Assembly: GCA_964646515.1 (NCBI GenBank)
Contig: CAZYES010000002.1
Coordinates: 1 to 61,347, forward strand
Origin: an uncultured Candidatus Saccharibacteria bacterium
Lineage (GTDB): Bacteria > Patescibacteriota > Minisyncoccia > Phycocordibacterales > PALSA-1337
Direction of reading: 5' to 3'
Length of the DNA stretch: 61,347 nt
The position numbers were made by a program, and so were the translations under genes. The notes under the pieces were generated by a model. That model ran no database searches and was not told the origin of the DNA. It was given only the letters and a program-made list of their open reading frames with translations. Below, piece after piece: positions 1-7,768 of this stretch (position 1 is its first letter; each line of letters starts with the position of its first letter).

Positions 1-346
1 AACATTCTGGACATTTCTTGGTCATAGGATCATCTGGTACCTTGTTCTTTTTCGCGCGGGCAACAAGTACATTGATAGGTACAACTACAAAAAAATAAAT
101 CGCCGTGGCGACAATCAAAAAAGCGATGAATGCGTTGAGAAAATCACCGATCATAAACTTACTGCCGTTCAGAGTGAAAGATAATTGAGAAAAATCTGGT
201 ACTTTGCCCAAGGCGCCTATGAGCGGAGTTATGATATCTTTGACCAAGGCCGAAACCACGGTCCCAAAAGAAGCGCCAACGACAACGCCAACCGACAAGT
301 CAACCACATTACCGCGAAGGATAAATTGCTTGAAGCCTTTGAGCAT
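1..346 (-). CDS. mscL: Large-conductance mechanosensitive channel MscL; 3' end runs off the window
   Basis: Not in the ORF track because no stop lies inside the window. Minus-strand reading from ATG (346-344) gives MLKGFKQFILRGNVVDLSVGVVVGASFGTVVSALVKDIITPLIGALGK...FLIVATAIYFFVVVPINVLVARAKK, the canonical MscL N-terminus and two-TM layout. ORF 185..397(+) is its antisense shadow. Confidence 0.85.
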   Translation of the reverse strand, partial: MLKGFKQFILRGNVVDLSVGVVVGASFGTVVSALVKDIITPLIGALGKVPDFSQLSFTLNGSKFMIGDFLNAFIAFLIVATAIYFFVVVPINVLVARAKKNKVPDDPMTKKCPEC

Positions 347-406
347 GTTCGAAAAATTAGATTGATAATATTGACCGATCATCTAGAAAACTCGTAACCG
401 AATAAT

Positions 407-649
407 TTACTCGTTTTCAGTTTCATTGTTTTTATACCAACTCTCAATAACTTGCTTTTTGTATTCAGGATCGGGAATGCCATCAATATTTTCCAGCTGT
501 CCCATTAGATTGGCGATATTACCACTTTCAAATATTCGAACAACTTTTTGTTCATCGAATAGATCTGCCAATATCTCTCTAGCTCTTTGTAAATTGGCTT
601 CGTAACTGATCTCCACTCTTTCTGCTTGAGAATTATTATCTATACTCAT
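407..649 (-). CDS. hypothetical small acidic protein
   Basis: 80-aa ORF with no recognisable motif. Compact spacing after mscL. Confidence 0.4.
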   Translation of the reverse strand: MSIDNNSQAERVEISYEANLQRAREILADLFDEQKVVRIFESGNIANLMGQLENIDGIPDPEYKKQVIESWYKNNETENE

Positions 650-1267
650 AATTTTTAAATTAAATTAATAATACTACTTTTTTTATCCGTGATTATTGTT
701 ATCTATTTCCTGTTCTAAAATTTGATACTGGCGAATTGGCGCTACTAGAGCCATCGCTAGCAACCGCCCGAATGACATAATAATACTTCTACCACGTACT
801 GACTTTACATAAATTATCGTGTAACTTTTGCATATTTGTTAGTTAATTTATAAGCACGCATGACTTCATACTAATAATAACAAATCCGAAATAAACTTAC
901 CACGAATTTTGATATTCTTACTCATAAAATATTACCACCGTTGATTAGGCCCCCCCTACTCCTCCCAAAAATAGATGCAAGATGAGAATTCACGCAATTG
1001 CATTCCAGTGTACCGTATTGTATATTAATATTAGGTATGCACATGAATGGCTACCAGTTCACGGTGCTCCTGTTCTTGGGGGCTGTCCTATCACTCTGGC
1101 TTCAAGTCAGAGACCGGGTGGTTTATCAGTTTTCGGTCAAGAAAACGTTGCGTAGCAAAGTTGCTTCACGCAGGTTGTCGGACCCGATAGTACTGGCGTT
1201 TGCTAAGGGCGCAAATCAAAACCAGGTCGACACTTTCGATAGACCCACAAAACCGTAAACAATCAAC

Positions 1268-1299
1268 GCCGCTACGGCCAGTGCAGCGGCTTTTCTTTT
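1268..1299 (+). terminator. intrinsic-terminator-like hairpin plus T-run
   Basis: GCCGCT(1268-1273)/AGCGGC(1285-1290) followed by TTTTCTTTT. It closes a plus-strand unit of about 1000-1300 that contains only a doubtful 86-aa ORF. Confidence 0.45.
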
Positions 1300-1383
1300 A
1301 TTCTGACAGCCTGAATAAAGACGCCCCTCGTTTCGCCCACATTAAAGTCCACTAATGAATAGATTTAGAACTTATTTGGCATA

Positions 1384-1412
1384 ATAAAAAGTGGCGAACT
1401 ATTGTCCGCCAC
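1384..1412 (-). terminator. intrinsic-terminator-like hairpin plus T-run on the minus strand
   Basis: GTGGCG(1391-1396)/CGCCAC(1407-1412), with AAAAA on the plus strand at 1386-1390 giving a U-run on the minus strand. Convergent with the 1268-1299 hairpin. Confidence 0.45.
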
Positions 1413-1701
1413 ATGCAAAAGGTTCAATCCGACGAGCTGTTTCCGACCAGCATTTGACAACTAGGACCAAGCCGAGAATTCTATTACATCATACAGAACG
1501 CTCAGGTTGTTTGTTATTCGCTAAAAGTAGGGATGTAATACTATAGCAACCGTATTCCTAAACGGTCCCACACCCTGGGTGAGGAACACTCGTGCACTAC
1601 GATCCCGTGCACCGGCGTCAAGATGAACCGCCAAACACACTAGCACCGGGCACTAAATTTTGCAAGTAAATGTACCTTGCCTCTCACTGTTTCCGTCTTT
1701 T

Positions 1702-1710
1702 TGCTATAAT
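1702..1710 (+). promoter_or_regulatory. extended -10 box TGcTATAAT, 8 nt upstream of the MazF-like ATG
   Basis: The sequence ttgcTATAATgcgcatcaATG is read directly. No Shine-Dalgarno can fit in the gap. Confidence 0.5.
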
Positions 1711-1718
1711 GCGCATCA

Positions 1719-2123
1719 ATGAAAAAAGATTACAAAAAGTGGCACGAGAAGAAAACGGAAGTTAATGAAGCCGAAGGTACTGCCCTGTTCCACGAACGAG
1801 AGGTATGGTGGTGCACACTTGGAGAAAATATTGGGTACGAGCAAGACGGAAGCAGTGAGCTGTTCACCCGTCCAGTTGTAATCCTAACAAAGTTTAATCT
1901 TGATGCCTGTCTCGTAGTACCTCTTACAGCAAAGCCGAAGAAAGGAAAATACTACTTTGACGTTGGAGATATTTCTGGTCGCAATGCAGTAGCAGTGCTT
2001 TCACAACTACGCTTTGTAGACAGAAAGCGACTTTCAAGCAAAATCGCCACGATGGACCAAGATGTTTTCAAAAATCTCAACAAGGCTGTGGTCAACGCGT
2101 GTTTCCCGGACCCCATAAAATAG
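1719..2123 (+). CDS. PemK/MazF-family endoribonuclease toxin; no adjacent antitoxin ORF
   Basis: REVWWCTLGENIGYEQDGSSELFTRPVVILT...CLVVPLTAKPKKGKYYFDV...AVLSQLRFVDRKRL aligns block-for-block with E. coli MazF (GDLIWVDFDPTKGSEQAGHRPAVVLS...CLCVPCTTQSKGYPFEV...ALADQVKSIAWRAR). Confidence 0.8.
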   Translation: MKKDYKKWHEKKTEVNEAEGTALFHEREVWWCTLGENIGYEQDGSSELFTRPVVILTKFNLDACLVVPLTAKPKKGKYYFDVGDISGRNAVAVLSQLRFVDRKRLSSKIATMDQDVFKNLNKAVVNACFPDPIK

Positions 2124-2127
2124 TTTT

Positions 2128-2149
2128 CCCCCGCTCTTGCGAGTGGGGG
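2128..2149 (+). terminator. GC-rich hairpin directly after the MazF stop; no T-run
   Basis: CCCCCGCTC / GAGTGGGGG form 9 bp including one G.U pair that is valid only on the plus strand; the loop is TTGC. Confidence 0.35.
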
Positions 2150-2424
2150 CAGGCCGAAGCCGTTTGTACCCATAGACTAGCAAATGGCCAGCAATTGTCA
2201 AGTGTATGTACAATTAACCATATGGGGTGATAAAGGTTAAGGCGAAAAATCGAACTGGTTTTACAACTTAAGATATGCGTATATTAATAAGTTCAATTTG
2301 GCGCCGTCGTAGAGCTCTTCGCTTCGCTCAGAGTCTTCGAAATGTTACCTATCCTTCCGTAGCTTTAGTGGAGGAGAAGAAATATATTTGGGTGCAGAAA
2401 TGATGCGGATATTTATATTCCTAA

Positions 2425-2811
2425 TTACAAATAATGACGATTTCCACCTCTTTTTTTATATGCAACGAAACCCCACGACTCCATTATTAACCAAACAACT
2501 AATACAAGAAAAAACATATATGAAAGACTAGAATTAGAAATATTTAGAAAATAAATAAGTACGAATCCCAATACTCCCAAAATAACATCTGCTGATCTAT
2601 TAAATTTTGTCTCATAAATTTTATTGATAATTTCAAAAATCTCCCACGATATCATGGCCAAGAGTGCAATCATAAAGTTGACGACCTCGTCTAATCCCAA
2701 CAAAATTCCGACAATCGCAAGGAGAGTACCAGCGAGAAAATGATTAACGTGCCATAAATCAAAATGTTTTCCATCATTCCAAATTTTAATAAACCATGGT
2801 TGTGAATTCAT
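2425..2811 (-). CDS. hypothetical polytopic membrane protein (about 4 TM)
   Basis: 128-aa ORF with four long hydrophobic segments. Confidence 0.5.
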   Translation of the reverse strand: MNSQPWFIKIWNDGKHFDLWHVNHFLAGTLLAIVGILLGLDEVVNFMIALLAMISWEIFEIINKIYETKFNRSADVILGVLGFVLIYFLNISNSSLSYMFFLVLVVWLIMESWGFVAYKKRGGNRHYL

Positions 2812-2845
2812 TACTAATAAATCTTAACAGGTCAGAACTGAAAAG

Positions 2846-3100
2846 TCATTGCAAAATATTTGCATCCAACAATTTCAATCTCTTTTCTCTTCTCCAGCCT
2901 TTGATTTCAGCTTCCCTCTTTCGAGCTTCTTTGAGCGAAGGAAATTCTTCGGAATATAGTAACGTCACTGGCCGTCTGATTTTTGTATAGTGAGCGCCTT
3001 TTTTGGAGTTGTTGTGTTGAAGCACCCTCCTTTCCAAGTCATTCGTGGAACCGACATACAATGAATCATCGGAGCATTTTAGAATATAAACGTAATACAT
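2846..3100 (-). CDS. GIY-YIG nuclease-family minigene
   Basis: MYYVYILKCSDDSLYVGSTNDLERRVLQHN...EAEIKGW shows the GIY...YIG-type core with the conserved Arg and Glu. It ends in TGA. Confidence 0.8.
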   Translation of the reverse strand: MYYVYILKCSDDSLYVGSTNDLERRVLQHNNSKKGAHYTKIRRPVTLLYSEEFPSLKEARKREAEIKGWRREKRLKLLDANILQ

Positions 3101-3126
3101 GGTATTTCTGAATTATACTATGCCCT

Positions 3127-3224
3127 CGCTTCGCTCGGGACCTTCGTCGCTAATAAAACATTATTAAAATCTGAAAAACACCGTGGTCGAAGACCCTGAG
3201 GAGCGAAGCGACGAAGGGGTCCCC
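3127..3224. repeat. interleaved GC-rich inverted repeats upstream of the GIY-YIG gene
   Basis: A = CGCTTCGCTC (3127-3136) has an exact reverse complement GAGCGAAGCG at 3201-3210. B = GGGACCTTCGTCGC (3137-3150) pairs with GCGACGAAGGGGTCCC (3209-3224). The order A-B-A'-B' is a crossing, pseudoknot-type arrangement. Confidence 0.6.
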
Positions 3225-3367
3225 TACTGTATAGATTTAGAACTCTTCGAGCCTGAGGTCATTCGACTCCGAGAGTCTCAGACTCTAGGAGCTCTCGGAG
3301 CCGATGGCCTGTTTGAGATAAAAAGGCCACAGATTTTACTCTGCGGCTGTTTGAAAGTGTTTGTTTC

Positions 3368-3649
3368 CTAGCGACTAATTGCCACTATCCACGGCAGTAG
3401 TACCCTCCAGATTGTTATTCCCGCCATAACTATGGGGACTATTACTCCAAAGGAAGCAACAAATTTCTTGAATCCGCAGCTTTGCGAAAAACCCTTACCC
3501 CAAGTAATGAAAACGAAGAAATTAACGACGAGTTGAAGGATTCCTGCAAGAACAGCGGAGCCATTGAAAATTGTCGTGAAGTTTGCAATCAGGAAGAACA
3601 CAAAGCCTGCAATTCCTGAAACTGCCATAAGCTTTGAATTAGTTTTCAT
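3368..3649 (-). CDS. hypothetical small membrane protein (3 TM)
   Basis: 93-aa ORF that is strongly hydrophobic. Confidence 0.45.
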   Translation of the reverse strand: MKTNSKLMAVSGIAGFVFFLIANFTTIFNGSAVLAGILQLVVNFFVFITWGKGFSQSCGFKKFVASFGVIVPIVMAGITIWRVLLPWIVAISR

Positions 3650-3696
3650 AACTCTGCTCTAAATCATAGCACGACTAAGATTCTACTGTCAACTTG

Positions 3697-3769
3697 GGTG
3701 CCTATCGGGATTTGAACCCGAACTGGAGGTTCCACAAACCTCAGTGCTAACCATTACACCATAGGCACC
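3697..3769 (-). tRNA. tRNA-His (anticodon GTG) with encoded G-1
   Basis: The minus strand reads G-GTGCCTA TG GTGT-AATGGTTA-GCAC T GAGGT TTGTGGA ACCTC ... TTCGGG TTCAAAT CCCGA TAGGCAC C. G-1 pairs with C73 as expected for tRNA-His. Confidence 0.85.
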
Positions 3770-3802
3770 ATATGATTTCACCTTACAACCCCTAGCCACA
3801 AT

Positions 3803-4354
3803 TTACGCATAACTTGGCGGTACCTCATTTATACCAGATTTGTGGTTCACAAGTCGAGCCAGAGCATAGAGGAGAGATGAGAGACGATTCAAGAAAGCAA
3901 GGGTAGCATCACTCACCAAGACTTCCCCGCTATCGAAGCCATCAACCACTCTACGCTCGGCTTTGCGCGCCAAAGTTCTAGAGAAATCAAGAAGTGCTGA
4001 CAATTCCGTGCCACCAGAAACAGAGAAGAATCTTATAGGGGGCATTTCTTTTTCGGTGGCGTTGATGATATTTTCCATCTCTTTTACATTCTTCTTACGA
4101 ATCGTCTTCCTGGCTCCAGCAACTTCCGCTTGCACTGTAAATAAACAATCCTGACAAAAAACCACGATCGTCGCTATCTTCTTCCTCATAATTTTCCAGC
4201 CAACCGTGACAGACTTCAGCTTGACCAACCCTAAAAATGAATTGAGTTCATCTAGCGCACCCAGTGCCTCGGCCACTTTGGAGCTCTTGGAAAACCTCTG
4301 ATCGCAGTCAAATTTATTGGTTTTGCCATCATCGCCTTTTCCGGTATAAAGCAT
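3803..4354 (-). CDS. PduO-type ATP:cob(I)alamin adenosyltransferase family protein
   Basis: The N-terminus YTGKGDDGKT...ALGALDELNSFLG and the C-terminal LNRLSSLLYALAR match the PduO/MMAB signature. Confidence 0.75.
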   Translation of the reverse strand: MLYTGKGDDGKTNKFDCDQRFSKSSKVAEALGALDELNSFLGLVKLKSVTVGWKIMRKKIATIVVFCQDCLFTVQAEVAGARKTIRKKNVKEMENIINATEKEMPPIRFFSVSGGTELSALLDFSRTLARKAERRVVDGFDSGEVLVSDATLAFLNRLSSLLYALARLVNHKSGINEVPPSYA

Positions 4355-4419
4355 ACCTATAGATTAGAATTAACTTCTAAAAATGCAAGTACCACCGATA
4401 ATTACCAGACTTCCAATTG

Positions 4420-4790
4420 AGGGCTAGAATTCATATAGTAGAAAAAATGAGATTATGCTTCGCCGAGCAGGACATATTTACGTCTATTTCACCTACGGCA
4501 TGCATTGGACGTTGAATATCGTCGCGAGACCAAAAGATTATCCGACCGCAGTACTCATTCGCGGTGGAATAGTTTTCAAATCAAATAAAACATTCAATGG
4601 TCCTGCGAAATTGACCAAAGCACTTAAGATTAATAGTACCTTGAATGGGAAAACGCTTTCGAAAAAAAGTGGGCTATAGATCGAAATACCCAAAAACAAG
4701 ACCGCTTTCAATATCCTCAGATCAAAGAGAATCGGCGTTGATTACGCAGGACCAGCGTGAACGCACAAAAAGTGGAGATCCCTTATCCGT
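4420..4790 (+). pseudogene. decayed DNA-3-methyladenine glycosylase (Mpg/AAG family) remnant
   Basis: GHIYVYFTYGMHWTLNIV...AVLIRGG...GPAKLTKALKI is the Mpg core. An in-frame TAG (4677-4679) is followed by IEIPKNK...RIGVDYAGPA, then an in-frame TGA (4758-4760), then THKKWRSLI. The upstream RIHIVE fragment is in another frame, and most of the N-terminal half is missing. Confidence 0.65.
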
Positions 4791-4793
4791 CGA

Positions 4794-6962
4794 TTAATGA
4801 GTCGAGTACCACGCTCTAGCCGCGTCAAACATTGACGCGGTCAAATTGTTTACAGACCAAAGGTCAACACCACTTAGACCCGCCCTCAGAACATCTAGGT
4901 TCACCGACCCCGTACTTTGATTATAGACTTTCTCATACCACGAATGGAGTTCACTTGTGCCACTACTTACCACGCAGCTAGGAACACGCCCTAGTATTTG
5001 CTGGAAAATCTGAATGATTTGTTGTTTTGTTTGATACTCTATACCAGACACCATCCCCTGTTTAACAGCGTTAATATCACCATAACTATTACTCCAGTAG
5101 TCCCAACCTTGTGAATCTGGTTCGCGGCACTGCAAATCTAGATAAAGCTGTCTGACTTGATCACGACTGACTCCAGTTACACCGCCAAACTGCACATATT
5201 GCTGTCCTCCGGCACCGATGGTTTCCACATAAATTTTGTACTGATTGCTACTAGTTACCAAACCTGAAGGTACTGTCCAGTAAATTCCATTCTCCCCCAC
5301 ACCAACAGCCCTTATAGTACTAATCCCCAAGACATTGATCCATGTCATTCCTTGAAGTTCATATAGGGAAACTCTGGTCACATCTTTTGTGTTTGTCTCG
5401 CTCCATTTTATGTAATATGTGTTTCCTTTTTGAAGATTGGTTGTCCCAATACCATTCAAAGAAACCGTCACGGCATCAATGGTAGGGTTCGTGGTAACAG
5501 ATCCTACGCTAACTGTCGCACTCGTCTCTGCGGTCTGGCCACTTGCATTCCTAACAGTAAACGTCGGCGTATAAGTGCCTGACTGATAATATGAATGAGT
5601 AAATGTGGCATTCTGTACAAACGAAGCCGTGGTTGGGGCCTGATTCGTACAAGTGTATCCGGTAGGACAATTGAAATCATCGCCCCAATTTACCGAGTAA
5701 CTCAAGCTACTATTCTGTGGATCATACGCATTAACAGTCCATGTTCCTTGTTGATTGACATTGAGCTGAGTTGGAGCGGTCACACCAGTAATTACAGGGG
5801 ATTGGCTGGTGCTAGCTGGGTAGTAAAACTGAAGTGCGTTACTCCAGGTGTCACCATAACCGACCTGAATATCATAAATACTCGTGTCAGCAGGTAACGA
5901 CGGCATATAAAACATAATCTGTGTTGCGGAAGATTGGTTTGGAATGATACTTACCCTGAACGCTGTTGCGGAAGATTGGTTTGGAATGACACTTGTCTCG
6001 AACCCCTTACCTGAAACTCTCACAAAATTACCCTTCTGAAAGTTGCCACCGTTTATCGTAACGAATGTGCCCGAAGTGCCGAAACTTGGATTGAGGGATG
6101 AAATATAAGGGCCATTCTTTCTGTCTACTACGATAGAAAAAGATCCAGAATACACCTTCTCTTCTGTCGTTCTATCATTAACTACCGTATTCTTGTATAT
6201 CGCGATCCGAATCTGACCAGTTACATAGGAGGGTGGTATCCATGAATAACGACACACTCCTTTACCATAACCAATGCAACCAGCTTTAGCTTGTGATAAT
6301 CCGGAAGCTATGACGCCTCCTTTTTCCGGTATATTTGGAAGCTCCCATTGAATATTGAATGTGTCGCTACCGCTCCACATTCCACTCCAGGTAATCGGGA
6401 CTTTTGTGCCTTCCATGTATACATCACCTTGTTTGGGAGATATTACAGTCATTGATCCCGGAACCGTACCCGGAACGCAAGACGAATTGACCTTTGTCCT
6501 GGTTAGAGGTCCAAAGAAACCTGTCGCAGGAATACCTACGCTGGATTGATACCCCTTCAAGGCTAAGTATGTTGAATTACCAAAATATCCTTTGGCACTA
6601 TCAAAGCCAACGGTTAAATCACTTATAGTGAAACCTTGAGCAACCAAAAATGTCTGGAGTGCCGCCACATCCGCCCCAACAGATCCTAGTTGTAGGTTAG
6701 CCGAAAAATTGTAGCAAGATTGGGTGGAAGTTGAAATGGGTATTGGTACAGGTGTCGGTGAGGGACTAATTGGTGTGGGCGTGCACACAAATCCTGAAGG
6801 ACAACCAGCTGGTTGTACTGGGATAGGTGTACAAGTATAACCAACAGGACAAACAACCGGTGTTGTCGCTGTCTGTGCATTGGCATATTCTGGTATATTG
6901 ATAACGACCGACAAAGCAAATATCGTTAGTGTAATCGCGAACGAAAATATGATTTTTTTCAT
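4794..6962 (-). CDS. secreted multidomain surface protein (signal peptide, Cys-rich CPxGYTCTP motifs, PG-binding-like, IPT/PKD-like repeats, DUF4214-like C-terminus)
   Basis: Signal peptide MKKIIFSFAITLTIFALSVV...ANA. PG_binding-type segment GSVGADVAALQTFLVAQGF...GYFGNSTYLALKGYQ. PKD-like segment WGDD...FTHSYYQSGTYTPTFTVRNASGQ. Confidence 0.7.
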   Translation of the reverse strand: MKKIIFSFAITLTIFALSVVINIPEYANAQTATTPVVCPVGYTCTPIPVQPAGCPSGFVCTPTPISPSPTPVPIPISTSTQSCYNFSANLQLGSVGADVAALQTFLVAQGFTISDLTVGFDSAKGYFGNSTYLALKGYQSSVGIPATGFFGPLTRTKVNSSCVPGTVPGSMTVISPKQGDVYMEGTKVPITWSGMWSGSDTFNIQWELPNIPEKGGVIASGLSQAKAGCIGYGKGVCRYSWIPPSYVTGQIRIAIYKNTVVNDRTTEEKVYSGSFSIVVDRKNGPYISSLNPSFGTSGTFVTINGGNFQKGNFVRVSGKGFETSVIPNQSSATAFRVSIIPNQSSATQIMFYMPSLPADTSIYDIQVGYGDTWSNALQFYYPASTSQSPVITGVTAPTQLNVNQQGTWTVNAYDPQNSSLSYSVNWGDDFNCPTGYTCTNQAPTTASFVQNATFTHSYYQSGTYTPTFTVRNASGQTAETSATVSVGSVTTNPTIDAVTVSLNGIGTTNLQKGNTYYIKWSETNTKDVTRVSLYELQGMTWINVLGISTIRAVGVGENGIYWTVPSGLVTSSNQYKIYVETIGAGGQQYVQFGGVTGVSRDQVRQLYLDLQCREPDSQGWDYWSNSYGDINAVKQGMVSGIEYQTKQQIIQIFQQILGRVPSCVVSSGTSELHSWYEKVYNQSTGSVNLDVLRAGLSGVDLWSVNNLTASMFDAARAWYSTH

Positions 6963-7100
6963 ATAATTAAAAGTAACTAGTAATGTGAGACTCGTAATAA
7001 AACAACAAAATTGAAATGGATAGTTTCAATTCCATAAGAGTATTATTCCACATACACATACACACACAAGCACGCAGTGGGGATAGTCATTATGATGTTT

Positions 7101-7175
7101 TGGTGCCCCCACCAGGAGTCGAACCTGGACCACGAACTTCGGAGGCTCGTGTTCTATCCATTAAACTATGGGAGC
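7101..7175 (-). tRNA. tRNA-Arg (anticodon CCG), CCA encoded
   Basis: The minus strand reads GCTCCCA TA GTTT-AATGGATA-GAAC A CGAGC CTCCGAA GTTCG TGGT CCAGG TTCGACT CCTGG TGGGGGC A CCA. Confidence 0.9.
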
Positions 7176-7334
7176 TTCGCATCGCCCTTATACTATGCGT
7201 CAATTAAGATCTCATTACAACATGATAATGTTAGCACAATAAAAACAATTACTATTAACCGAGAAATAAACCAACCATGCATACTTAATTCCCCATTTTA
7301 GTTTTATTAAAAACCGCCATATATGTGCATATTA

Positions 7335-7346
7335 CCCCCCCCCCCC
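7335..7346 (+). repeat. C12 homopolymer abutting a TTGACA box
   Basis: The sequence attaCCCCCCCCCCCCgcctaTTGACAagagc is read directly, about 45 nt upstream of ORF 7391. Confidence 0.9.
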
Positions 7347-7390
7347 GCCTATTGACAAGAGCATACATTTCGTGCTAACATATAAAACAG

Positions 7391-7621
7391 ATGAATGCTT
7401 TGAATTCCTTGTTTGTCGCAATCGTGGTAATCATGATTATGTCCTTTGGTACAGGGCTAATTCTTGGAGGACCCGAGAAAGCGACGAAGATCCTTACGTG
7501 GGAGCTCAAACAGCTCACCAAATTTGGCCGATGGGTACTGAAACATTTTTTTCAGACCATGTCGGATCTCTTCAGGTATCTTGCAAAAGCATGCGGGCCA
7601 CAAAAGAAGAAGACACCCTAA
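7391..7621 (+). CDS. hypothetical small membrane protein
   Basis: 76-aa ORF with an N-terminal TM helix (LFVAIVVIMIMSFGTGLILGG), followed by a strong hairpin. Preferred over the overlapping ORF 7372..7767. Confidence 0.4.
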   Translation: MNALNSLFVAIVVIMIMSFGTGLILGGPEKATKILTWELKQLTKFGRWVLKHFFQTMSDLFRYLAKACGPQKKKTP

Positions 7622-7628
7622 AACTACA

Positions 7629-7654
7629 GGCGAGCAGTTTCAAAACTGCTCGCC
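7629..7654. terminator. bidirectional hairpin between convergent genes
   Basis: GGCGAGCAGTT TCAA AACTGCTCGCC, an 11-bp perfect stem. Confidence 0.6.
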
Positions 7655-7768
7655 TTAACCTTTATTATTGTGCGCAGTTAGATACTTTACTTGAACTCTT
7701 TGATATTATCACAAAGACCTCGATACGTTTTTGGTATATACTTATTTGTAATTATGTCAAAAAATAAA

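Noticed and set aside
185-397. ORF 185..397(+)
   Set aside because: Antisense shadow of the clearly recognisable mscL gene on the minus strand.
1040-1700. tmRNA or RNase P RNA in the long spacer
   Set aside because: GGGGCTG at 1078 and GGTTCAATCC at 1421 are superficially tmRNA-like. However, there is no complementary acceptor 3' strand, no T-arm stem, no CCA end and no plausible Ala-ending tag. AAAGTCC (1345) and ACAGAAC (1493) are only about 145 nt apart, and their flanks cannot form the P4 helix.
4677-4760. Stop-codon reassignment (UGA as sense, as in some CPR lineages) suggested by in-frame stops in the mpg remnant
   Set aside because: Long conserved genes (polA, ponA, pnp and others) are intact under the standard code, and rluD and the GIY-YIG gene end in TGA. 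The remnant also has an in-frame TAG and a missing N-terminal half, so decay is the simpler explanation.
5922-5989. 26-nt direct repeat with a 42-nt period inside ORF 4794..6962
   Set aside because: An in-frame duplication encoding IPNQSSAT twice within a repeat-rich surface protein. This is ordinary domain-linker repetition.
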